A DNA stretch of 47,280 bases from a bacterium. Its GTDB lineage: Bacteria; Oederibacteriota; Muellerivitia; Muellerivitales; Muellerivitaceae. The position numbers and the translations under genes are program-made. This document shows, piece by piece, positions 8,552-16,347 of the stretch. Numbering within the stretch: the stretch's first letter is position 1; each line of letters starts with the position of its first letter. The DNA is taken from NCBI GenBank assembly GCA_035524855.1, contig DATKOC010000184.1, forward strand, positions 1 to 47,280, given 5' to 3'. A model generated the notes under the pieces. The model had not been told where the DNA came from. It saw only the letters and a program-made list of their open reading frames with translations, and searched no databases.

Positions 8552-8633
8552 GAAGGGGCGCACCCAGGCTCCGTCTGGGTACTGGTGTTTTGGGGATTAA
8601 CACTTTTTGGAGAACAGTTGCCGTGCCGTGGAT
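8552..8633. repeat. Copy 2 of the conserved ~82-nt non-coding element (upstream of the minus-strand gene starting at 8459)
   Basis: See copy 1. Orientation and distance to the downstream start codon are similar (93 nt here, 87 nt for copy 1). Confidence 0.7.
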
Positions 8634-8687
8634 TATCCGGCTTGGGGTGTTTAAGGAACCCGGAACCCCTTGGGTTTCCCACCGGGC

Positions 8688-10514
8688 CTATTTCGTAGTC
8701 TCTTCCACCTTGGTAAAGCGGAGTCCGGCGTAATAAATCCGGACCTGGCCGTCCTGGCGGTACAGGTGCACGGTGTCGCCGTCGGGGGACACCAGGCCCG
8801 ATACGATCGCGTCCTCATCGGAGATGGGCTCCAGGTTGATTTGGTAGTCGGTGTCCGTGACGTTGAAGACCTTGCTGGAGATGCGGGCGTTGAAGGTCAA
8901 AAGCCCGCCCTTGGCCTCCAGGGTCATGTTCTCGAACTTGGTCTGCCCGTCCGGGTCGTCCAGCCGGTACCGCCCGAGCCATTGGTGCCAGGCCTCCGGA
9001 ATGGGAACGGGCTTGATCTTCTCGAAGACCACGGGCGCCCCCAGCCCGCCCAGGATGATGACGTCCCGGCCACCCACGGTCTCAAAATCCACCGTGTATT
9101 CGGGCAGGTGGATGGGGAAGAAGAGGATCATGACGCGGGGGATGAACTTGTTCCCGGTGGTGGGGACCAGGTCGAACTGGTGGCCCATCAGGTCCCCCCG
9201 CAGGTGGGCGCCGTCCCGGGTGATGACCGCGGCCTTGCCGATGCCCGCGTAATCCCCGACGTATTTCCCCAGTTTTTCCTCGGGGACCGTGATGAGCTTG
9301 GGCATGACGGCCTTGGGTTTGACGAGGTTGGCGGGTATCCCGTATTTTTCCTCGCGCATCAGTTTCAGGGCGCGCAGGGCGGTGTCCCGGCCCATCTCAT
9401 GCGATTCCATGGTGTTGGCCATCACCACCACCCCCAATTTTTCATCCCGCAAAAGGGCGACCCGGCAGAAATAAGGCCCATAGTCCCCGTCGTGCCAGGC
9501 CATGTCCCTGTAATTTTCCATCTCCAACCCGTCCAGCATCCAGCCCAGCCCCTGGTAATGGCCGAAATCCAGCGGTATCCCCGGGTATTGTTCCCGGAAC
9601 ATTAAGTCCAGGGCCTTGGCCGGCACAAGCGCGGGTTTGCGCGTGAAGAAAAAACGGATGAAGCGCGCCATATCGTTGGCGCTGGAAAGCAACCCGCCGG
9701 CCGGCAGGTCCCGGAGGTGAAGGGGGGCGGTCTCGCGCCCCTTGTCATAGCCCTTGGCCAATTTCACCTGGTCGGCGGGGTCCAATTCGAAGGTGGAAGA
9801 GACCATCCCCAGGGGTTCCAGCAGGTTCTCCCGCAGGGCCTGGGCGTAAGGTTTGTGGTCCTTCAACTCGATGATCCGGCCCAACAAGTCGTAGTCCAGG
9901 TCGGAATATTTATAGAATGCCTGGGGGGGAGCGGCCAAGTAATCGTCCCTCAAGTCCTTCACCAGTTGGGCGAGCGTTCCAGGCTCTTCCGCCCACATGC
10001 CCTGGTGGTAATCGGCGGGGAGCCCCGAATGATGGGCCAGGAGGGAACGGATCGTGATGGGCTTGGCGCGCTTGAAGCGGTTGTGAATAGAGAAACCCGG
10101 CAGGTCGGCGCCCAAGGGGTCGTCCAGGCCGAGCCGTCCCTTTGCGTTCAGCCGCATGATCTCCACGGCGGTGAAGAGCTTGGTGACGAAATCCAACCGG
10201 TAAAGGGTGTCCGCCGTGGCGGGGACCTTGGCCCGGTCGTCCGCGTAGCCGAAACCCTCCGACCAAACGATCTTGTCGCCGTCCACCAGGGCCAGGCTGA
10301 GCCCCTTCACGTGGTCCCGGCCCATTTGGTCCCTCAGGTAGGCCCGCAGGTTTTCCACGGTGGAGGCGTAGTCGGGGTGGGGGTTGAGGACCTGGGCGAG
10401 AAGGGGGACGGAAAGGAAAAAGAACAAAACGAGATTGAACCACCAAGACACCAAGTAAGGCCAAAACCCCCATATTGGGTGATTCAAAACAAAAACGCCC
10501 CGCTTGTGGCGCAT
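8688..10514 (-). CDS. Beta-lactamase/PBP4*-fold serine-hydrolase family protein with a C-terminal extra domain; active-site Ser not conserved
   Basis: The track ORF extends to 10745, but the first 77 residues are Arg/Pro-rich and not protein-like. The ATG at 10514 (MRHKRGV...) precedes a TM/signal helix. Family pattern: GLSLALVDGDKIVWSEGFGYAD...TLYRLDFVTKLFTA...LLAHHSGLP...YKYSDLDYDLLG...WHDGDYG. Confidence 0.85.
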   Translation of the reverse strand: MRHKRGVFVLNHPIWGFWPYLVSWWFNLVLFFFLSVPLLAQVLNPHPDYASTVENLRAYLRDQMGRDHVKGLSLALVDGDKIVWSEGFGYADDRAKVPATADTLYRLDFVTKLFTAVEIMRLNAKGRLGLDDPLGADLPGFSIHNRFKRAKPITIRSLLAHHSGLPADYHQGMWAEEPGTLAQLVKDLRDDYLAAPPQAFYKYSDLDYDLLGRIIELKDHKPYAQALRENLLEPLGMVSSTFELDPADQVKLAKGYDKGRETAPLHLRDLPAGGLLSSANDMARFIRFFFTRKPALVPAKALDLMFREQYPGIPLDFGHYQGLGWMLDGLEMENYRDMAWHDGDYGPYFCRVALLRDEKLGVVVMANTMESHEMGRDTALRALKLMREEKYGIPANLVKPKAVMPKLITVPEEKLGKYVGDYAGIGKAAVITRDGAHLRGDLMGHQFDLVPTTGNKFIPRVMILFFPIHLPEYTVDFETVGGRDVIILGGLGAPVVFEKIKPVPIPEAWHQWLGRYRLDDPDGQTKFENMTLEAKGGLLTFNARISSKVFNVTDTDYQINLEPISDEDAIVSGLVSPDGDTVHLYRQDGQVRIYYAGLRFTKVEETTK

Positions 10515-10915
10515 CGCCAAAACATTCCTGGCTTTCGTCGTTCTTGGTACCCTTGGCGTCAATGGCACAGAATGAACGGTACGATCAGGACTTGGCAACC
10601 GACGAATAAGATTGAGCAATGGGCTTAATCTAGGGATTTCCGGGCCCGAATAGTAGGGCCGACGGCCTATTAAAACAGGAAAAAGGGGGCGACCTTTAGC
10701 CGTTACCCACCTGGAGGATGTCTGATTGGCCTTTGATCTTTCCATGGGCGCCCTTTGGGTCCTCCCAGTTCCTTGGATTCCTTTCTTCTTTTAGATTATT
10801 CCGTGGGAAAGGCGGGGAATATGACGGGCGTCACGGGGTGAGGGGGACCGTTGTGGACAGCGCTTCTTTAGAGGCGCTAACAAAATCAAAAAACACAATT
10901 TTTTGTGAGGGGTTC

Positions 10916-11464
10916 TTAATCTTTTGAAATTTCAGAGGAGTTGATGAGGGTGATGCCCGCGTGGGCCATTTCCTTGAGGGCCTTTTCCCCGTCGGCGGGC
11001 TTCACGTTGACCGCCGCCACGGCATCCTCCACAACGTAGGTCTCAAAGCCGTTCTTGTCGGCGTCCATCGCCGACGCCTTCACGCAATAGTCGGTGGCCA
11101 GGCCGCAAACGTAAAGGTCGGTCACATGCTCTTTCTTTAGGAACGCCGCCAAGTCCGCGCTGGTGGCCTCAAAGGCCGAATAACCGTCGTCCTTGTTACG
11201 GGTTCCCTTGAGGAAGATCTTCTTAATCTTGGAGGCGTTGAGCTTCTGGTGCAAGTCGGCCCCCTTCGTGTTTTGCACGCAATGGGGAGGCCATTTCTTG
11301 AAATGAACGGTGTCCTTGGGATGCCAATCCTTGGAGGCCACGACCAGGTCGAAGGATTCCATCAGCTTATTGATGACCGGCACGACCTTGTCGCCGTCGG
11401 GCACGGCCAAGGGGCCGCCCGGGCAGAAATCATTTTGGACATCGACGACCAACAGTGCCTTCAT
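10916..11464 (-). CDS. pncA: Nicotinamidase/pyrazinamidase (isochorismatase family)
   Basis: MKALLVVDVQNDFCPGGPLAVPDGD...SKDWHP...PPHCV...LYVCGLATDYCV. The start is taken at the ATG at 11464 (Met14 of the track ORF). Confidence 0.9.
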   Translation of the reverse strand: MKALLVVDVQNDFCPGGPLAVPDGDKVVPVINKLMESFDLVVASKDWHPKDTVHFKKWPPHCVQNTKGADLHQKLNASKIKKIFLKGTRNKDDGYSAFEATSADLAAFLKKEHVTDLYVCGLATDYCVKASAMDADKNGFETYVVEDAVAAVNVKPADGEKALKEMAHAGITLINSSEISKD

Positions 11465-11529
11465 ACTATCGTCTCCGTTGCCGCTAACACGCGTGCTGAT
11501 CATTGAAAAAACTTAATCTTGTTTGTCGA

Positions 11530-11597
11530 CAGTCAACGGTCCACAGCTTAGACGCTTCATTCAATATCGCGGAAGTTTGGCTGTCGACCGTCGACTG
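11530..11597 (-). promoter_or_regulatory. 18-nt inverted repeat (16/18 complementary) with a 32-nt loop in the pncB-pncA spacer
   Basis: The arms are CAGTCAACGGTCCACAGC (11530..11547) and GCTGTCGACCGTCGACTG (11580..11597). The right arm abuts the pncB stop codon, and both arms contain GTCGAC-like cores. It could be a terminator/attenuator or a two-site operator. Confidence 0.35.
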
Positions 11598-13013
11598 TTA
11601 ACTGCCTTTACTGTGCTGTTGGACAATCTGGTTGCGCAGGTCCATCAGTTTCTGGCTGATGCCCACCTTATAAGTGTGGGGATTCTCGAAACGCTTCCGT
11701 TCCGGGGAAAGCTTGGCCAGCCTTTCTTTGGCGTAAGCCGCGCCTTCCGCGACGGAAGGCTTGACCAGCGCTTTGCCGCCCTCCATCACCTTAAAAAGAA
11801 TCCCCTCCGGAAAACAGTGGGCGACCCGGCTTTTTTGCTCGGGGAAACTGGGATGAAATATGTATTCCGTGTTTTTTTCATCCTCCAGAAGCACCCCATC
11901 CGCGTAAAAGAACCCCTCGGGATCGGTATAGCGGACGATTTTTTTGACGCCCGGCAGGGAGGTTTTCCCCACGTTCTCGGAGATCTTCAGGCAGGGTTCC
12001 CCGTTAAAAACGGAAAGCTTATAGACCCCGTCCAGGGCCGGGGAATCCTGTCCGGTGACGAGGTTGGTGCCGATGCCGAAGGAATTGATGGGCGCCCCCT
12101 GGTCAAGGAGACTTTTGACGATATGCTCATCCAGCTGGTTGGACGCCACGATCTTGACGTAATGAAGGCCCGCCTGGTCCAGCATGTCGCGCGCGTGCTT
12201 GCTCAAGTAAGCCAAGTCGCCCGAATCGAGCCGGATCCCCACCAGCTTCTTGCCCTTGGCCTCCATTTCCTTGGCCACCTGGATGGCGTTCGGCACCCCG
12301 CTCTTGAGGGTGTTGTAGGTATCCACCAGGAAAATACAGTTGTCGGGATAAATCTCGGCGTAGCGGCGGAAGGCCGTCAGTTCGTCGGGAAAGCTCTGGA
12401 TCCAGGAATGGGCCTGGGTGCCGGAGGGGGTGAGCCCGAAAAGCTGGGAGGCGTAAACGTTGGAAGTCGCGTCCGCCCCCCCGATGATGGCCGACCGGGA
12501 GGCTTGGGCGCCGGCCAGCCCCTGGGCCCGGCGCAGGCCGAAATCCACCACCCGCCGGCCCCGGGCCGCCACCACCATGCGGGAGGCCTTGGTGGCGATC
12601 AGGGACTCGAAATTGAGGAAATTGAGCAGGAGGGTCTCGATGAGTTGGGTCTCAAAAAGGCTCCCCTCCACCCGCACGACCGGCTCCAGGGGGAAGATCA
12701 CCTCCCCTTCCCGCACCGAGAAAAGGCGGCCTTTGAAGCGGAAACCCTTGAGGTATTCCAGGAAGGTCTTTTGGAAACCCAAGTCCCCCAGGTATTTGAG
12801 GTCGTCCTCCGCGAAAGAAAGGTCTTCCAAAACTTCCAGCAAGTCGGCCAGGCCCGAAAAGACCACGTAGCCGCCCTTAAAAGGAATGTCCCGGAAGAAA
12901 TAATCGAAACAGGCGGGCTTGTCCGCCATGCCAGAGAGGAAATAACCTTGGCCCATGGTCATTTCATAAAGATCGGTATAAAGGCCGGCGTGTTGGGGGA
13001 TCAAGGAAGACAT
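11598..13013 (-). CDS. pncB: Nicotinate phosphoribosyltransferase
   Basis: 471 aa. The N-terminus LYTDLYEMTMGQGYF and the body are typical of NAPRTase. Confidence 0.93.
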   Translation of the reverse strand: MSSLIPQHAGLYTDLYEMTMGQGYFLSGMADKPACFDYFFRDIPFKGGYVVFSGLADLLEVLEDLSFAEDDLKYLGDLGFQKTFLEYLKGFRFKGRLFSVREGEVIFPLEPVVRVEGSLFETQLIETLLLNFLNFESLIATKASRMVVAARGRRVVDFGLRRAQGLAGAQASRSAIIGGADATSNVYASQLFGLTPSGTQAHSWIQSFPDELTAFRRYAEIYPDNCIFLVDTYNTLKSGVPNAIQVAKEMEAKGKKLVGIRLDSGDLAYLSKHARDMLDQAGLHYVKIVASNQLDEHIVKSLLDQGAPINSFGIGTNLVTGQDSPALDGVYKLSVFNGEPCLKISENVGKTSLPGVKKIVRYTDPEGFFYADGVLLEDEKNTEYIFHPSFPEQKSRVAHCFPEGILFKVMEGGKALVKPSVAEGAAYAKERLAKLSPERKRFENPHTYKVGISQKLMDLRNQIVQQHSKGS

Positions 13014-13063
13014 GCCGGCATTATAGCGGATGCCCGGCGGTGGAATGACGAATGGAAGCAGGG

Positions 13064-15283
13064 CTAATTACTGAATATCTTCGGGAGCCAGGTCGTGAGG
13101 AAGGGAATGTAGGTGATGGCGAAGACCATCAGGTGCAAGATGATGTACATCGGCAGGACGGCCATATAGATCTCGCCCATGGATTTCTTGAAACGGTAGG
13201 AGGAGAGGAAGAGATTCAGCCCCAAAGGCGGCGCCAAAAACCCCAATTCCATATTGGCCAGGAAAATGATCCCCATGTGCACTGGGTCCACCCCGAAGGC
13301 GTTGGACATCGGCATCAGGAGCGGCACCACCACCACGATGGCCGCGAAAATCTCCAGCAGGCTTCCCACGATGATTAGCATGAAGTTGACCATCAGCAGG
13401 AAAACCCACTGCGAATGCACGGTGTCGTGCACCCAGGCCGCCAGATGGGCGGGCACCTGCGCGTCCACCATGTCGTTGGTAAAGCCCAGCGACACCCCCA
13501 GGATCAGGAGCACCCCTCCCACCAGGATGCCGCACTCGGTGATGACCAGGGGGACCTTGGGGAGTTTCAACTGCCGGTAGAAAAAGACTTCCACGAGGAA
13601 TGCGTAAAGGGCGGTGAGGGCCGCCGATTCCACCAGGGTGACTTTCACCACGAAGAGAAAGAAAAAGACCACCAAGGGGAGCAGGATTTCCCATTTGGCG
13701 TCCCAGGTGGCTTCCAGGGCCTCGAGGGATTGTGTTTGAACTTCCAACTTTCTGGAGAAGGGAAGAAAGATTTTGCCCTTGGCCAGGGGCATGAGCTTGG
13801 CGACCAGGACAAAAACCAGGGCCAGTGACGTCAGGTTCACGAAAGCGGCCGCGCCGAAGGAAGCGGTGGAAGGCGTGATGTTTCCTAAAATTCCTAAGAG
13901 CCTCCAACCTAAACCCGAAAACAGATTCCAGCCTAAAACCGCGGCGGCGGCAAGGACCAGCGCATAGGCCCCGGTGCTGAACCAGAGCTTTAGGGTGACG
14001 GCAGTGGAATACTTCGCCGCTTGCAAGGGATCGGCCTTCATGACACCCCAGACCGCGGTCAAAAGAAGCAGGATCATGCCAGGCATAAACCCGCCCAGGA
14101 AGAGGTCCTTGATGGAAGTCCCCGAAACAACCCCATAAAGGATGACCGGAAGGCTGGGAGGGAAGAGCATGCCCAAGGAACCGGCGGAAGTCAGCAAACC
14201 GAGCGCGTCCCTTTCCTTGTATTTCTCCGCCAGCAGGATGGGCATCAGGAGGCCGCCCAGGGCCAGGATGGTGACCCCCGAGCCGCCCGTAAAGGCCGTG
14301 AAGAAGGCGCAAACGAGGGAGGTCACGATGGCCGGCCCGCCCTTCATGTAGCCGAAGAAGGCCTGGAAGACCCGGAGCAACCGCTTGGAGGCCCCGCCCT
14401 CGGCCAGGAAGTAGCCGGTCAAGGTAAAGAGGGGAATAGTGGGGATGGTGGGGGACACGACCATGCGGTAGGTTTCGGCGGGGATCGAGTCAATCGGCGT
14501 ATCCGAGTTCCACAGGAAAATCAGGGCCGCGCCGCCCAGCACCAGGAAGACCGGCATGCCCAGCACCACCGCCACCATGAGGAGGCCGAAGCAGATGTAA
14601 ATGAAGCTTTCCGGGGGGTTGTGCACCGAGGGCGCCAGGGCGGCCAGGCCCACCGCCACCGCCAGGGTCATGAAGCGCTGGCTGTAGAGCGACGAGGAGC
14701 GCCAGACCATCCGCAGGAAAATCATGCCAAAGCCGATGGGCAGGCAGTAGAGCAGGACCCACTTGGGAAGGCCCAGCGCGATGATGTCGTCCACGTCCTT
14801 CTCGATCATGGCGTAGGAATAGCTGGCCTTGATGAGGTAAAGGACGATGGCGCCGCCGAGGCCGGCGGTGGCGATATGGGCGGCGGCCTTGAAACGCTGG
14901 GGGATCATTCCGGCGGTGGTGGCCAGTTGGAGGAGTTTGCCCTCGCGGGCGGCCACGGCGCCGCCGAACATCATGATGGCCAGGGTCGCGTGCTGAACGA
15001 GCCCCAGGGAGCCGGAAACCAGCACGGCGGGGAACCACTCGAAGATGGCGTGCAATTTCCGCCCCACGATGTCCAAGAGCGGCAGGAACATCATGACGGC
15101 GAAGAAAAAGGTCAGAAAAAGATTTTCGTATTGATGCCAGAAGGCCGGCTGGGCGGGCGCATCGCCGGGATGGCCTTCCATGGCCATGGCTTCGTGGACC
15201 TCGGTTTGGCCGGAATCCGGAACCGCCGGGTTTGGGGAGGGACTAAAGTTCCCCCTGGATTTCCCGGCTTTTTTTCGGGCCAT
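13064..15283 (-). CDS. TRAP transporter fused DctQ-DctM permease
   Basis: 739 aa from the ATG at 15283, which makes a TAATG 1-nt overlap with the binding-protein gene stop. The protein is highly hydrophobic and polytopic. A DctQ-like N-terminal third is followed by DctM-like motifs (FTAFTGGSGVTILALGG, MGIIFLANMELGFLAPPLGLNLF). Confidence 0.88.
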   Translation of the reverse strand: MARKKAGKSRGNFSPSPNPAVPDSGQTEVHEAMAMEGHPGDAPAQPAFWHQYENLFLTFFFAVMMFLPLLDIVGRKLHAIFEWFPAVLVSGSLGLVQHATLAIMMFGGAVAAREGKLLQLATTAGMIPQRFKAAAHIATAGLGGAIVLYLIKASYSYAMIEKDVDDIIALGLPKWVLLYCLPIGFGMIFLRMVWRSSSLYSQRFMTLAVAVGLAALAPSVHNPPESFIYICFGLLMVAVVLGMPVFLVLGGAALIFLWNSDTPIDSIPAETYRMVVSPTIPTIPLFTLTGYFLAEGGASKRLLRVFQAFFGYMKGGPAIVTSLVCAFFTAFTGGSGVTILALGGLLMPILLAEKYKERDALGLLTSAGSLGMLFPPSLPVILYGVVSGTSIKDLFLGGFMPGMILLLLTAVWGVMKADPLQAAKYSTAVTLKLWFSTGAYALVLAAAAVLGWNLFSGLGWRLLGILGNITPSTASFGAAAFVNLTSLALVFVLVAKLMPLAKGKIFLPFSRKLEVQTQSLEALEATWDAKWEILLPLVVFFFLFVVKVTLVESAALTALYAFLVEVFFYRQLKLPKVPLVITECGILVGGVLLILGVSLGFTNDMVDAQVPAHLAAWVHDTVHSQWVFLLMVNFMLIIVGSLLEIFAAIVVVVPLLMPMSNAFGVDPVHMGIIFLANMELGFLAPPLGLNLFLSSYRFKKSMGEIYMAVLPMYIILHLMVFAITYIPFLTTWLPKIFSN

Positions 15284-16302
15284 TAAGGGTCGGCCACCTG
15301 ATGACCGGCGCGGTACTCGTCGCGGTATTTGACCGCCATCTCCATCATGTCGGCGGGCACCACGGTTCCCGAAATCTGCGGGTAAACGGCCGTGAAAGCC
15401 TTCTCCCAAAGGGCGTATTGTTCGGGAGTGATGTCATAAACCTTCAAACCGTGCTTTTTCATGGACTCGATGGCCTCCCCTTCCTTGGAGCGGGTCTCGT
15501 CCCGGAATCGGACTCCCGCCGCCTCGGAGGCTTTGGTAAGGGCGGCCTGCTGATCCGGGGAAAGGCTGTTCCAGGCCTTGGTGGTGATGACGGTGGCGCC
15601 CACGAGCGGCGCCCAGCGCATGTTGGTCATGTTCTTGGCCAGGGCAAACCATTGGAAAGAGAGGGCGGACAAGGGGGTGGTATCGAAGGAATTGATGAGC
15701 CCCGTTTGCAAATTGGGCAGGATGTCGGTAGCGGCCAGGGGAATGGGCGAATAGCCGGCGGATTTCCAGATGTTCATCGTGTCGGTGTCGTTGCCCCAGA
15801 CGAAGAATTTCGCCTTTTTCAAGTCATCGGGGGTGAGGATTGGGTCCTTGCCGAAGAACATGACCCAGCCCGCCTCGCCCCAGTTGAGCACCTTGAAACC
15901 CTTCTTCAAGAGGCGTTGTTCCAGCAAGGGCTGCATCTTGCCGCGCACGTAGTCGCTTTCGGCGTAGGTTTTGTAAAGCATGGGAACCGAGAGGGCCTGG
16001 ACGCCCTTGTCGATCTGGCCCAATCCCACCACGGTGATGACGCCCATCTTGATCTGGCCGATGCGCATCTTGCTGACGATGTCCGGCTCGTCGCCCAATT
16101 GGCCGCCCGCGTAGATCTGCACCTTGATACCCGCGGGCTTCACCTGCTCGGCCATGTCCCGCATAATGTTGTCCCAGACGGTGCCCTCCGGCGCCAGGGT
16201 GCCCAATTTGAGGGTGACAGGCGCCGTTTGGGCCCAAGCCCCGGCCGCCGAAAGGGCCAGGAAGGCCAAGGCCCAAACTGTTTTTTTCAAGCTCGTATCC
16301 AT
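15283..16302 (-). CDS. TRAP transporter DctP-type periplasmic solute-binding protein
   Basis: 339 aa from the ATG at 16302, which is preceded by AAGGAGAC. It has a signal peptide, then LKLGTLAPEGTVWDN...IYAGGQLGDEPD, typical of the DctP family. Confidence 0.88.
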   Translation of the reverse strand: MDTSLKKTVWALAFLALSAAGAWAQTAPVTLKLGTLAPEGTVWDNIMRDMAEQVKPAGIKVQIYAGGQLGDEPDIVSKMRIGQIKMGVITVVGLGQIDKGVQALSVPMLYKTYAESDYVRGKMQPLLEQRLLKKGFKVLNWGEAGWVMFFGKDPILTPDDLKKAKFFVWGNDTDTMNIWKSAGYSPIPLAATDILPNLQTGLINSFDTTPLSALSFQWFALAKNMTNMRWAPLVGATVITTKAWNSLSPDQQAALTKASEAAGVRFRDETRSKEGEAIESMKKHGLKVYDITPEQYALWEKAFTAVYPQISGTVVPADMMEMAVKYRDEYRAGHQVADP

Positions 16303-16347
16303 GGAAGTCTCCTTAAATAACATCATCAACCCACCCTCATTAGACGA

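Noticed and set aside
6483-8633. The two direct 82-nt repeats as ends of a composite mobile element carrying the exeA-like and yceI-like genes
   Set aside because: There is no transposase or integrase, no target-site duplication and no terminal inverted repeats. Both copies sit at equivalent distances upstream of start codons, which fits cis-regulatory leaders better.
8670-10628. Plus-strand ORFs of 311 aa (8670..9605) and 303 aa (9717..10628) opposite the beta-lactamase-fold gene
   Set aside because: These are antisense shadows with no motifs. The minus-strand frame is a recognisable family member.
10515-10745. 77-aa N-terminal extension of the beta-lactamase-fold ORF
   Set aside because: It is Arg/Pro/Ser-rich and not protein-like. 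The internal ATG at 10514 directly precedes the hydrophobic anchor.
11523-13067. 514-aa plus-strand ORF covering the pncB region
   Set aside because: It is an antisense shadow of the clearly recognisable pncB gene. Its composition is Gly/Arg/Leu/Val-rich, as expected for a high-GC antisense frame, and it has no motifs.
14021-16320. Plus-strand ORFs of 421 aa (14021..15286) and 339 aa (15301..16320) opposite the TRAP permease and binding-protein genes
   Set aside because: These are antisense shadows with Gly/His/Glu/Arg-rich low-complexity composition. The minus-strand frames carry clear TRAP DctQM and DctP features.
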